Virus record (IMG/VR): IMGVR_UViG_3300021090_000021
Span: 1-61,596 of that record
Direction: 5' to 3' (one strand)
DNA from: a virus
Lineage: Duplodnaviria; Caudoviricetes
Length of the DNA stretch: 61,596 nucleotides
In this document: positions 19,949 through 29,033 of the stretch, in pieces
Position numbering within the stretch: the first letter of the stretch is position 1
Layout: every line of letters starts with the position of its first letter
The notes under the pieces: model-generated
What the model was told of the DNA's origin: nothing
The model's input: only the letters and a program-made list of their open reading frames with translations
The model's database searches: none
Translations under genes and position numbers: made by a program

Positions 19949-20300
19949 TTAGTGCCCCTTGCTGCTCGCGTTGATCACGGCGTCCCATTGTTTGGCGATG
20001 GCAAGCTGCTGCTGCCATGTCTGCGGCTTGGATTTCTTGATTTGCATCGACGACAGAGACGGCAACCGCTCTCTGCGCTGCAGGGCCGCAATATGCCAAG
20101 CAAGCGACATGCGATCGTTGCACTCTCGCATGAGCCGCTTGTTCGCCCCCTCGAGCCGGAGGCTCAATTCGCGAGGCGTGATGTCCCAGAAGGTATCGGG
20201 GTCGAATCCATATTCAACGTAGGTGACGAAGTGGGCTCGCCAATCCCATTGGTTCCACTGATGCTCGCCTCCTCGCTTGCCTTCGCCGGAGGGCGCGTAG
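19949..20300 (-). CDS. Tail assembly chaperone, gpT-like frame (probably reached by -1 frameshift)
   Basis: The -1 frame reads WDWRAHFVTYVEYGFDPDTFWDITPRELSLRLEG..., with the FWxxTPxEL motif lying upstream of the called start at 20167. Confidence 0.7.
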
Positions 20301-20652
20301 AGTCATCGCGCGCCTCCGCATCCGGAAACGCGAACCTGAAGGCCTCGCTGACTTTGGTCAACACCTCGAGCGAACCACCGGCGTCGTCGATGAGCTCGCC
20401 CGCCTTCGCGATCGTGACGTCCTGATGATACTTGCGCAAACCGGCCCAGAAAGCGGTCCGCACGCCAAGGACCGACAACGCCAACGGCGGGTTGAGATGC
20501 TCCGCCACGATCTGCGACAACGGTACGGCCGGCCGGCCGTAGAGACGGCCGAACTCGACTTCCATCGCGATCTGCGCGTCGGTGCCGAACTTCAGCTTGT
20601 ACGAAAAACCGGATATCTCGATCTCGACTTCGCCGCGAATTGGATTCGTCAT
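20164..20652 (-). CDS. Tail assembly chaperone (gpG/GTA-gp10-like)
   Basis: MTNPIRGEV...L.F...A..E motif; lies between tube and TMP. Confidence 0.8.
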   Translation of the reverse strand: MTNPIRGEVEIEISGFSYKLKFGTDAQIAMEVEFGRLYGRPAVPLSQIVAEHLNPPLALSVLGVRTAFWAGLRKYHQDVTIAKAGELIDDAGGSLEVLTKVSEAFRFAFPDAEARDDSTRPPAKASEEASISGTNGIGEPTSSPTLNMDSTPIPSGTSRLAN

Positions 20653-21071
20653 CGTCCCACCCATTGCATCGGTCCGGGCGCGCCGGACAGTTTCAGTGTC
20701 GCCGCAGCCGTCATCACATCCGCCATCCCGGCCTTAGGCTCGAGCGTGATCAGGAAGCCGCTGAACGGGAATGCAAAGCCGTTAGGAAATAAAAGACGTC
20801 GCTGCCTGACCGTGTCGTCCCCGAGCTCGTCATAGAGATCGCCGAAAACTGCTCCGCCTGGAATAAAGTTGAAGTCGAACGACATCTCTCCGCCGCGGCG
20901 AGTGCCCGGCATCGCCGTGCCCCACTCCCCTGGCGCCTCTTCGTCCGAAATGTCGATCGAATCGCGCGCGATCGCAGGCGGCGAGATATCCCTGACTTCA
21001 GCTGCCGTGACCCAATCGTCACCGACCAGCGTCTGAAACAGCGTACCGTGGCCGAGCAGCGCGTCAGTCAT
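20649..21071 (-). CDS. Tail tube protein paralogue 2
   Basis: Collinear with 21080-21502 (ALLG.GT.F, AEV, GE.SF..NFIPG, FPN, MTA..T.K.SG). Confidence 0.85.
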   Translation of the reverse strand: MTDALLGHGTLFQTLVGDDWVTAAEVRDISPPAIARDSIDISDEEAPGEWGTAMPGTRRGGEMSFDFNFIPGGAVFGDLYDELGDDTVRQRRLLFPNGFAFPFSGFLITLEPKAGMADVMTAAATLKLSGAPGPMQWVGR

Positions 21072-21079
21072 GGTGTCGA

Positions 21080-21502
21080 TCAGGGCACCGTTACGACGGT
21101 CGAGCCCGAGACCTTCATGGTGACGGTCGCCGTCATGCGATCATCGGTCGGCGTTGCCGGCTCATACCCGGTGATGAGGGCCACAAAGTCCCAGGTCACA
21201 TCGTTGGGGAAGGTGATCCGGCAATTTTTGCTGGTGCCCGCCGTCTTCAGCGCGAGAATTCGGGTATCCGAAACCGACCCCGGAATGAAATTCATCTCAA
21301 ACGACGCCTCGCCGGGCTCGACCAGCCCCGCGATATATTCCCGCTCGCGGTTGGCGCTTTCGTTGTGGGTCGCCTCGACCTGATCGGTCTGCGAATTCGG
21401 TGCCGTGACGTTGAACACCTCCGCCATCGTTTCATAGACGCCGGGCGTCGAGTCGCTCTCGATACCGAACGTGGTGCCCCAACCGAGCAAGGCATTGGTC
21501 AT
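21080..21502 (-). CDS. Tail tube (major tail) protein
   Basis: VEATH.ES..REYIAGL..PGE.SFEMNF motif. Confidence 0.88.
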   Translation of the reverse strand: MTNALLGWGTTFGIESDSTPGVYETMAEVFNVTAPNSQTDQVEATHNESANREREYIAGLVEPGEASFEMNFIPGSVSDTRILALKTAGTSKNCRITFPNDVTWDFVALITGYEPATPTDDRMTATVTMKVSGSTVVTVP

Positions 21503-21537
21503 GGCGAACAGCCTCCTGTGATGGCCTGGATGTCAGA

Positions 21538-21984
21538 TCAGGCAGCGGTGTCGGGAACGCCTTGCGCGGTCTGGTAGCGGACCAGATAGCTCATGCGGAT
21601 AGCGCCGATGTGCTTCGTGCCCGGCGCCTGAACATTGATCTCGGTCGACGTGAGCTCGACGTCCAGGACGAGCCCGCCAAGTCTTGTGTCCTGTGCCATC
21701 GCCGGCTCGACCTCGAGAGCAATAGTGTCGAGCACATCATCCGGCGGCTGGGTTGATTGGACCCGCCCTTCGATCACCAGCGTCATGGGCCGCCCAATGA
21801 TCGGCGGCCGGCCCATCAGCTCGCGCTTGGACGTCTCGCTGGGCGTGTAGACCAGCAGCGTGGGATCGTGGTCCTCAGCGAGCGGGCGCGTGCGCCCGAC
21901 TTCCACGCGAGTACCGGTGGTCGCCAATCCATTGATCGCCATAAGAACGGCGTCACGGATCTGTTTGCGCAGATGATCGGCCAT
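21538..21984 (-). CDS. Tail terminator-like protein
   Basis: H.R.QIRDAV, LD.IA.EVE..M, LGGLV.D; position. Confidence 0.75.
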   Translation of the reverse strand: MADHLRKQIRDAVLMAINGLATTGTRVEVGRTRPLAEDHDPTLLVYTPSETSKRELMGRPPIIGRPMTLVIEGRVQSTQPPDDVLDTIALEVEPAMAQDTRLGGLVLDVELTSTEINVQAPGTKHIGAIRMSYLVRYQTAQGVPDTAA

Positions 21985-21987
21985 GGC

Positions 21988-22494
21988 TTAGGCCGACGTG
22001 CCGATGATGGTGATGTCGTAGGTTACGCCGGTCGTGCCGGCGCTGTTAGCGATCTTCAGGAGATCGCCTGTACCAGCCGTGACCGTCCAGCCGGCGACGG
22101 GAGCGGCGACCAGCAGCACGCCGCCCGGCTTGATACCGATGATATCGCTCGCATCAGCAAAGGGGCCCGCGAAGGCATTGGACGCTGCGCCGCCTACCAA
22201 CACGTCGTTGATGTTGCCAACGGCCGCCTTGATCAGGATTGCCTTGACCTTCACGAAGGTGAGCGCGGCACCCAGCGAGTCAAACAAGCTGCCCCCAGCA
22301 AGATCGAGGCTCTCGGTCGCGGAGGCCGCGAGCGTTCGCTGGTCTGAAAAGACTTTGTCGGCCAGGCCGGATCCGGTCCCGGTCGCCATCTCCTTGTTGT
22401 ACAGGTTGCTGAGCTCGTCCTTCGGCTCTCCGTGATCCGAGGTGCCGATCAACCTTGCATTGATGTGAGCGGAAATCTTTGTCGTGAGTGACAT
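21988..22494 (-). CDS. Virion neck-region beta protein, function unknown
   Basis: Gly/Ala/Thr-rich ORF in the head-tail module. Confidence 0.65.
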   Translation of the reverse strand: MSLTTKISAHINARLIGTSDHGEPKDELSNLYNKEMATGTGSGLADKVFSDQRTLAASATESLDLAGGSLFDSLGAALTFVKVKAILIKAAVGNINDVLVGGAASNAFAGPFADASDIIGIKPGGVLLVAAPVAGWTVTAGTGDLLKIANSAGTTGVTYDITIIGTSA

Positions 22495-22512
22495 GTGTTG
22501 CTCCGTGGATGG

Positions 22513-22839
22513 TCAGCGGCCGAGGGTGAGGAGCGTCATGCCCGCACCATCCGGCTGCAGCTCGACAACGCGATAGGTGACGGTATTGACAACGAGGGTG
22601 TCGCCACCATCCCCACCGCGCGCCTGCGCTGGCAGGTCAGCCGATCGCAACAGAAATGTCGGCTGGGAATCGGATGTGGCTACATCGCCGCCGGTGAGAA
22701 CCGCGAGATATGGATCGTTGAGGATGCCGTCGATCGGATCACTGTCGGTCGCGGTCGCAACCGGCCGATAGACGCCAACATCACCAAAATCATCCGGCGA
22801 CAGAAAGGTGGCGCGATCCGCAGCACTTTCCACACCCAT
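22513..22839 (-). CDS. Head-tail joining protein (gpFII-like)
   Basis: DDFG...GD.L.V...Y.V...QPDGAGMT.L.L. Confidence 0.8.
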   Translation of the reverse strand: MGVESAADRATFLSPDDFGDVGVYRPVATATDSDPIDGILNDPYLAVLTGGDVATSDSQPTFLLRSADLPAQARGGDGGDTLVVNTVTYRVVELQPDGAGMTLLTLGR

Positions 22840-22840
22840 G

Positions 22841-23395
22841 CTATTTGGCCTTCTTGTTCGCCCTGTCGACCGCTTCCGATTTCACGATCTCGATCATTTC
22901 GGTGAGGGTCATCGTGCGCTGCTGGTCAGACGATGAATTCCATTGCGCGAGCGACACACCGCAATCCTCGAAGATCTTCGCGATGAGGTCCGATTGGCTG
23001 ACCGCAACCTCCTCCCGATCGCTGGTCTTGGCGATGAGGACGACCGGATCAGGCAAGTCCGGCGACCGCGCCGGAAGTTTTGGGTTGCCGCCGCGGGACG
23101 CCGCGATCCCGGCTGCAATCTTGTCGGCTTCGCCAACCGGCGGATCAAGCGGCTGGAGCAGTGTGGCGAGGTGCTTGTCGAGCTCGCCGAGGCGGATGAT
23201 CTCGCCCACTTTGAACTCGACCTGATCGCACACTCGGGCCACGATCCGGACCTTACCCTTCTTGCCTTCCTCCGGCTCGATCCGCTCGACCAGCTCGAGC
23301 TTGTGCGCGCGGGATTTGAATTGATCCTCCAGCAACCCAACCATTGTCGAGGGAGAAAGGCGGCAGACGCCGCCGGCAACGCGATAGCGGTTCAT
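22841..23395 (-). CDS. Hypothetical head-region protein
   Basis: ORF after the capsid gene with GGAG RBS. Confidence 0.6.
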   Translation of the reverse strand: MNRYRVAGGVCRLSPSTMVGLLEDQFKSRAHKLELVERIEPEEGKKGKVRIVARVCDQVEFKVGEIIRLGELDKHLATLLQPLDPPVGEADKIAAGIAASRGGNPKLPARSPDLPDPVVLIAKTSDREEVAVSQSDLIAKIFEDCGVSLAQWNSSSDQQRTMTLTEMIEIVKSEAVDRANKKAK

Positions 23396-23491
23396 GGCAA
23401 GGACTCCAGCTCGAAAGTGTTTCTAAACAATAGGAGCCGCCCACTCGCGCGAACGGCCCCCATACATTGCGATTTAATCTGCGTAAAACGA

Positions 23492-24442
23492 TCAGGTCAT
23501 CGTCACCAGGCAAGCGCGCTGCCAGTAGCCGTAACCGACGTTGCGCCAGCTATCGATGCCGAACTGCCAGGCGTCGTTGTCGAACTCGAACTCGGAGTTC
23601 TCGGCCTTTGCCTTCATACTCGGCAAGGTCTCCTGCTGGCGGATGAGGCCTTTGATGGCGCTGTCGGTGCGGAACACCGCAAACTTGTCGGTCCAGGTCA
23701 ACTCCGAAACCATCTGCACCCGCACCACCAGTCCGGCAACGAGATTTGGATTGAAGTTCTGCTGCAACGCTGCGGTCGCGATGGTGCTGACCGCTTGGGA
23801 TGCTGCGAAAAACAATCCAACCGGCACAACCACCGTGAACTCACGCGCACCAGCATTCATTTGGCGGCCGCGGTCATCCTTGAAGCTGATGATCTTGGTG
23901 ATGCCCTGCAGGATCGCCTGCTGCATTTCCTCGATGCTCGGTGCCGTGACTGTGCCGTGAACAGCCGCCGGAAGCGTCGAGATATCGACGGCGATATCGT
24001 TGTCTTGCGCGCCCGAATCGCCTTCGGAGTGATCCGTATCGAAATAGAACTGTCCGTCGTAGCAGACGGTCGATTCGCCATCGATCAGAAGCTGCGTGAG
24101 CAGCGTCGCCCAATGCAGGTCGCCCTCGTCCGCGAACTCCCCAATGCGGGCCTGGATTTGCGCTGTTTTGTCACGACGAACATCCTTCAGCGCGAACTCA
24201 AGCGTGGACTCATAGTGTCGATTCACGATCGTGACGCCGTTGCCACGCAGGCCCTTGGCCTGGCGAGTTCCGATCCATTCTCGCATCCGCGGAGACATTC
24301 CGAGGAAGTTGTATTGTTCGGAACCCTGATCGGAATTGAAAAGATTCGAGACGCCATCGATCCAGACGATGTTGGATGGCACTTCGAGCCGCGCATAGTA
24401 CATGCCCATGACGGCGCGGCTGGACAGGAGTGACTGGTCCAT
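23492..24442 (-). CDS. Major capsid protein, Mu gpT-like
   Basis: LG..P.MREWIG.R, I.N..YEST, CYDGQFYFDTDH, GYG.WQ.A. Confidence 0.9.
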   Translation of the reverse strand: MDQSLLSSRAVMGMYYARLEVPSNIVWIDGVSNLFNSDQGSEQYNFLGMSPRMREWIGTRQAKGLRGNGVTIVNRHYESTLEFALKDVRRDKTAQIQARIGEFADEGDLHWATLLTQLLIDGESTVCYDGQFYFDTDHSEGDSGAQDNDIAVDISTLPAAVHGTVTAPSIEEMQQAILQGITKIISFKDDRGRQMNAGAREFTVVVPVGLFFAASQAVSTIATAALQQNFNPNLVAGLVVRVQMVSELTWTDKFAVFRTDSAIKGLIRQQETLPSMKAKAENSEFEFDNDAWQFGIDSWRNVGYGYWQRACLVTMT

Positions 24443-24559
24443 TTGCGTTGGTCCTTTTGGAGGTGAGAGGGTGGAGCGGGCCGCGCCCTGCGTACCGCCG
24501 GATGTTTACTCGCCGCCACGCGACAAGTCGGGGCGGCTACACGTTCGGTCGGCGGGAGA

Positions 24560-25348
24560 TTAGGCCTCGCGCGCCCAGATGCCGCGCATCTCGGTGACGA
24601 CGTAGCCGTCCGCTTCGCCGAGATCGAGCACCACGAAATCGCCGCGGCGCTGCGTGGCCTTGGTCAGCAGCAGATCCTTGTTGTCCGCGCCGGTGATGTC
24701 CGGCCCCAGGATCATGTCCGCCGCCGCCGGGTCGATCTTGACCTGCGTGGTCCCAAATGCGCTGATCGCCACGATCTTGATGCCGGCGAGGCCGGTGGCA
24801 ATCGCCGGCAAGGTCAGGGCGTCGCCATCGCCATCGGAATCGACGAAGAACACCTTGCCGGAATCTTCCGCGTCGAAGGTTTTCACGGCGCTGAGCAGCT
24901 CGCGCACCGTTCGCTCGCCATAGGGATCGCGATAATTCAGAGCATCGAAGGCCACGATGGCGACGCCAGCACTCACAAACCGGTGCACGAAGCCGATGAA
25001 GGCCGCGGCCACGGGCAGGAATGTGAACGTGTCGTCGTCGGTCGCATAGACCGGCTGGCCCAGATCGGTGATCACCGCACCAGTCACCGGCAACTCCACG
25101 AAGCCCTGCTGGTAGACGCCCACCCTGATCACCGCCGCAGCACCGGCGGAGTTGTCCGCCGTGGCCCGAGCAAAGCCCCCGAAACGATCGGCGGCGGCCA
25201 GCGGTCGCGCATGACCGGTGGCGTCAACGACGCCCACTGCAGCGCCCTCATAGATGATATCGGACGCGATCATTGGGATCGCGTTCTCTTCCTGACGAAC
25301 AGGGCCGCCCTCATACGCGCGCGGCTTATTGGCTGCCAACGTAGTCAT
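24560..25348 (-). CDS. Capsid decoration/cement protein with extra C-terminal domain
   Basis: IYEGA.V, DN..GA, D.GQ.VYA.DD.T motifs; lies between protease and capsid. Confidence 0.75.
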   Translation of the reverse strand: MTTLAANKPRAYEGGPVRQEENAIPMIASDIIYEGAAVGVVDATGHARPLAAADRFGGFARATADNSAGAAAVIRVGVYQQGFVELPVTGAVITDLGQPVYATDDDTFTFLPVAAAFIGFVHRFVSAGVAIVAFDALNYRDPYGERTVRELLSAVKTFDAEDSGKVFFVDSDGDGDALTLPAIATGLAGIKIVAISAFGTTQVKIDPAAADMILGPDITGADNKDLLLTKATQRRGDFVVLDLGEADGYVVTEMRGIWAREA

Positions 25349-25481
25349 TGGCTGATCTCCATGTCTGATGGTGGGGGAAAGCCGCGCTACGAGCCCTCAT
25401 CCCGGGCGGGAGGAGGATCGGGGCCGGCGGTCAAGCGCGGTTCGCGACCGCCGGTCCGATTACGTTTCGCTTCGGACGCGC

Positions 25482-27002
25482 TTAACTCGCGCGCTGCACC
25501 AGACGTTTCACGCGGCCCTGCGATTCCGCCGTCTTGAACGCAACGTAGTTCGCGACCGAGAGAAACTCACTCTGCAGCGCTTCGCTCGCTGCGTATTCGG
25601 CCTTCCAGCCCTCCGGCGTGGTCGCCTTCGGTGGCGTCTCAGGCCGCGCACCAGCGCTCGGCGCCGCCACAACCTTCTTGCCCTCATCCTCGACGCCCTT
25701 GATGGCGTTGAGGTGCGTGCCGCGCGTCTTTTTCTCGGCTTCGAGGATATGGCGAGCCGCCTGGTCAGGAGTGGTCTTCCCGTCCGCCTTCATGTTGGCA
25801 ACCAAGGCCTCGTGTCCGGGCACGGCAATCGCCTCGATGCCGAGGATACGCTCGCGTTCGGCCGTGGCGGCGATTCCCTGGATCTGGCTCACCAGAACCG
25901 GAGATGCGGCGGAAAGCTCCGCCACGGTCGTGGCGGCCGGTTTCGGCAGAGTGGCAGTGGCGGTGGCAGTTGAGCCCACGACTTCGGCGGCAGGCGCGCC
26001 TTCGTTCTTGTCCATCTGAAGTCCTTTCGGTTGGATGGATGGTGAAAGGCGGCTCGAGAGGCCGCGGGTGAGGTCCGCCAGCACCTCTTCGAAGGTACCG
26101 ACGGAATCAGCGAGGCGCGCATTGACGGCATCGTCTCCGGTGAAGACGCGGGCCTGCGTGTCGCGGATCTGCTTTTCGCTCATCGCCTTGCGGCCGGCGG
26201 CCACGGCGGCGACGAATTGGTCGTAGAAGCTCATCACCTCGCGCTGGAAGTCCGCCTGGACATCCTTGGGCAGCGGCTCGAACGGATTGCCGTCGACTTT
26301 GTGCTCGCCCGCGAAGATCAGGGTCGGTTTGACCCCAGCAACCTCCAGGGCCTTTGAAAAATCGACGTGCATCATCACGACGCCGATCGAGCCCGACATT
26401 CCCGTCGGCATGCTCACGATCCGTCCAGCGCCCGATGCGATCGCATAAGCCGCCGACGCCGCCATGCCGTTCACCACGGCGACCACCGGCTTGATAGCGC
26501 TGGCGGCGCGCACGGCAGCGGCAGCCTCAAAGGCGCCGACGGCTTCACCGCCGGGGCTCTCGATATCCAGCATGATCGCCCGCGTGCGCTGATCGGCAGC
26601 GGCGCGCTGCATCTGGAACTTGAAACCCTCATAGCTTATGAGCCCGCTCGAGGCGCCCACCCAGGCGCCGCGATTCACGAACTCGCCCACCAATGTGATG
26701 ATCGCGACACCCTCGGCCGTCCGCCGAAACGGAAGCGGACGGCTGTTTTCGTCGAGCGGCGTTTCGCCGTAGAATCGGCTGGCACGCGGCGCATGAGATT
26801 CGATCGCACCGTCCGGACTACGTGTCGGTTCAAAGAACTGCCGACTTTCGCCGCCGCTTTCCGCCGCAACATTACCGCGCCCGCGCGCACCTACGCGTGA
26901 GAGCAGAAACGCGCTGATCGTTTCCGCCGCACTCGGCAGGAGCAGCAGCGGCCGGTTGTAGAATTGTGCCGCGATACGGTGATAGCTCATCTCTTCGTTC
27001 AT
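25482..27002 (-). CDS. S49 prohead protease with scaffold C-terminus (lambda C/Nu3-like)
   Basis: DIESPGGE, MAASAAY.IAS, GSIGV, G.HK.DGNP.EPL; ERERI; internal ATG (MDKNEG) for a possible scaffold. Confidence 0.92.
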   Translation of the reverse strand: MNEEMSYHRIAAQFYNRPLLLLPSAAETISAFLLSRVGARGRGNVAAESGGESRQFFEPTRSPDGAIESHAPRASRFYGETPLDENSRPLPFRRTAEGVAIITLVGEFVNRGAWVGASSGLISYEGFKFQMQRAAADQRTRAIMLDIESPGGEAVGAFEAAAAVRAASAIKPVVAVVNGMAASAAYAIASGAGRIVSMPTGMSGSIGVVMMHVDFSKALEVAGVKPTLIFAGEHKVDGNPFEPLPKDVQADFQREVMSFYDQFVAAVAAGRKAMSEKQIRDTQARVFTGDDAVNARLADSVGTFEEVLADLTRGLSSRLSPSIQPKGLQMDKNEGAPAAEVVGSTATATATLPKPAATTVAELSAASPVLVSQIQGIAATAERERILGIEAIAVPGHEALVANMKADGKTTPDQAARHILEAEKKTRGTHLNAIKGVEDEGKKVVAAPSAGARPETPPKATTPEGWKAEYAASEALQSEFLSVANYVAFKTAESQGRVKRLVQRAS

Positions 27003-28624
27003 GCGCGGCCTCGAATGGCTTGGGTCTCGTCTTCGGCGTCGCTACTCGCGCCTGAATCATAAGGCTCGTCGGCTTGAGCCGTCGCTGCCGATGCCGCCGC
27101 CCCGCGGCGCTCCGGTATGGCTGACTCTTCCTTGATGAGCTGGCGATTCTTATCTTCCCATCGCCCGCCGGTGCGCTCGAGTACGACTTGCTCGCGCGTT
27201 TTCACACGGAGTTCCAGCACATCGATCTTGTCGGCCTCGGCTTCGCGCTTGGGATCGATCGATGCGCGGTTCGGACCAATCCACATCGCCTTGCAATAGG
27301 CGTGCGCGACCAAAGGGTCCTCGAAGTAGCCAGGCGCCGCAAGCCGGCCGGTCGCAACCGCCTCCTCGATGATCCACTCGTAGATCGTCTGGCAGAAGTT
27401 CCGCGCGAACCACAAACGCCAGCGTCGAAACGACTGCCATGCCATTTCCAGCGCCGCGCGGCTCGCGGAATAGGATGCCGTGAAGTGCTTGATCAGCAGC
27501 TCGTGCGGAATCTCCAGCGCAACACCGATCTGCCGCGTCATCGCCAGGAAGAACGGGTCGAACTGGGGGTTCGGCCGCACCGGTGCAGGTGCCGTAACAT
27601 CCTCACCTGGATTGAGATCGACCATCGCCCCGCTACCGAGCTTGATCTCGTTGCGATCAAGCGAGCTGTCGACCTCGCCAAGGATCGGCTTGCTGGAATC
27701 GGGATCTTCCGGCAGCTCGGACTTGATGAACCATGTGATGAAGCTGGTCAGCACCGCCGCGCGCACCTCGGAGTCGGTATAGTCCCCGAGCTGCTTGATC
27801 ATATCGATGACCGGAGCCAGATATGGAACCCCACGCGTCTGATCCGGACGGAGCCGCTCGAAAAGGTGGATGACGACCTGCTTGCCCGCGCCGGTCTGTG
27901 CCTGCACCCGTTCCCATTTCATGCCGGCGATACGCAGGCCACCCGGATGCTTATCCGTGACGTGATAGGCGACCGGAACGCCGTTTGTGTTGAGCTCGAC
28001 GCCCCCGGCAATCTTATCCGTATCGGCCGCGCGACTGGGATTGGAGACGCGATCCGCCTCAACCAGCTGCACCTTGGTCCCGTAGATATCTCCCGGGTCT
28101 TTGCGGTAGCGCCGGATTCCAAACACGTCGCCCGATTCATCGGCCGAACGAAACGCCAGATATTGGAATTCCTCGAAGTCCTGCACGCTTGTGAAGTCGA
28201 GCGTCCTGCACGCGGCAGCAAATTCACGTTCCGCCCCGCGCTCCCAGGCGTCCGCTTGCTCCTCGGTCAGCCCAAGATATTCATGATCGATACAGGACTG
28301 CATCTGCAGCCCGGTGCCAACAACATTTGTGCACTTGGTGCTGACCGCACCGGTCGCAATCGGCACATTGCGCACCAGATCGCGCGATCGGGCACGCAGA
28401 TCAGGCAAATCCGGCAGCGTATCGGTATCCGCAGAGCCTTCCGCCGGTCGCCAGTTCTTGGTCCCACGCCGAGTGCGTCGGCCGCCCTCATAGCCGCCAT
28501 GCAGCGCCAGCATCGTGCGCGCCTTGGCGCGGCGAAGAGCGGTGACCGGCGCAAAAAACTCCACGACCTTGTCGACGACCGTGCTGCTGTCAGCGACCCG
28601 GCGCTGGACCTCTGACAATCTCAT
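26999..28624 (-). CDS. Portal protein, lambda family
   Basis: LRARSRDL.RN, VVG.G, RPDQTRGVP, SYSASRAA, IDP..E. Confidence 0.95.
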   Translation of the reverse strand: MRLSEVQRRVADSSTVVDKVVEFFAPVTALRRAKARTMLALHGGYEGGRRTRRGTKNWRPAEGSADTDTLPDLPDLRARSRDLVRNVPIATGAVSTKCTNVVGTGLQMQSCIDHEYLGLTEEQADAWERGAEREFAAACRTLDFTSVQDFEEFQYLAFRSADESGDVFGIRRYRKDPGDIYGTKVQLVEADRVSNPSRAADTDKIAGGVELNTNGVPVAYHVTDKHPGGLRIAGMKWERVQAQTGAGKQVVIHLFERLRPDQTRGVPYLAPVIDMIKQLGDYTDSEVRAAVLTSFITWFIKSELPEDPDSSKPILGEVDSSLDRNEIKLGSGAMVDLNPGEDVTAPAPVRPNPQFDPFFLAMTRQIGVALEIPHELLIKHFTASYSASRAALEMAWQSFRRWRLWFARNFCQTIYEWIIEEAVATGRLAAPGYFEDPLVAHAYCKAMWIGPNRASIDPKREAEADKIDVLELRVKTREQVVLERTGGRWEDKNRQLIKEESAIPERRGAAASAATAQADEPYDSGASSDAEDETQAIRGRA

Positions 28625-28806
28625 GATTTATGGCCATTCAGAAAGAATAGAAGCTCTTTTCCAGGTGTCTGCTCACATTTGATTCCCGTGATCACCCAAC
28701 GCCCGTCAGTAATCCGGCGATTGATCGTTGAAATGACGGTCGGCATCAAATGCATCTCGTCGGCCCGCACATAGAATGTGAGCTCGTTGACGTCCCGCCG
28801 GTTCAT
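28621..28806 (-). CDS. Small inserted hypothetical protein
   Basis: 61-aa AT-richer ORF with ATGA overlaps at both ends. Confidence 0.55.
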   Translation of the reverse strand: MNRRDVNELTFYVRADEMHLMPTVISTINRRITDGRWVITGIKCEQTPGKELLFFLNGHKS

Positions 28807-29033
28807 TCCGGCACCAGATAGCGCGTGCGACCGCGCGAAGACGACAGTCGCTTCACTTGCGTGTCCCAGAACGTGATCTGTTTCAGAATCTGCTCAGCAT
28901 CGGCACGCGTCAGCGATCGCTGCCCATTACCGGTGTCGATCGTGTACGACTGGCTCTTCGCGACCGCGGCGGAGGCCGCTATCCAAGCGTCAAGTTGAGT
29001 CTGTGCCGCTGCAAGAGTAATTCCAGCCATCAA
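28803..29033 (-). CDS. Head completion protein (gpW-like)
   Basis: QSYTI...RSLTRAD; lies between terminase and portal. Confidence 0.8.
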   Translation of the reverse strand: MMAGITLAAAQTQLDAWIAASAAVAKSQSYTIDTGNGQRSLTRADAEQILKQITFWDTQVKRLSSSRGRTRYLVPE

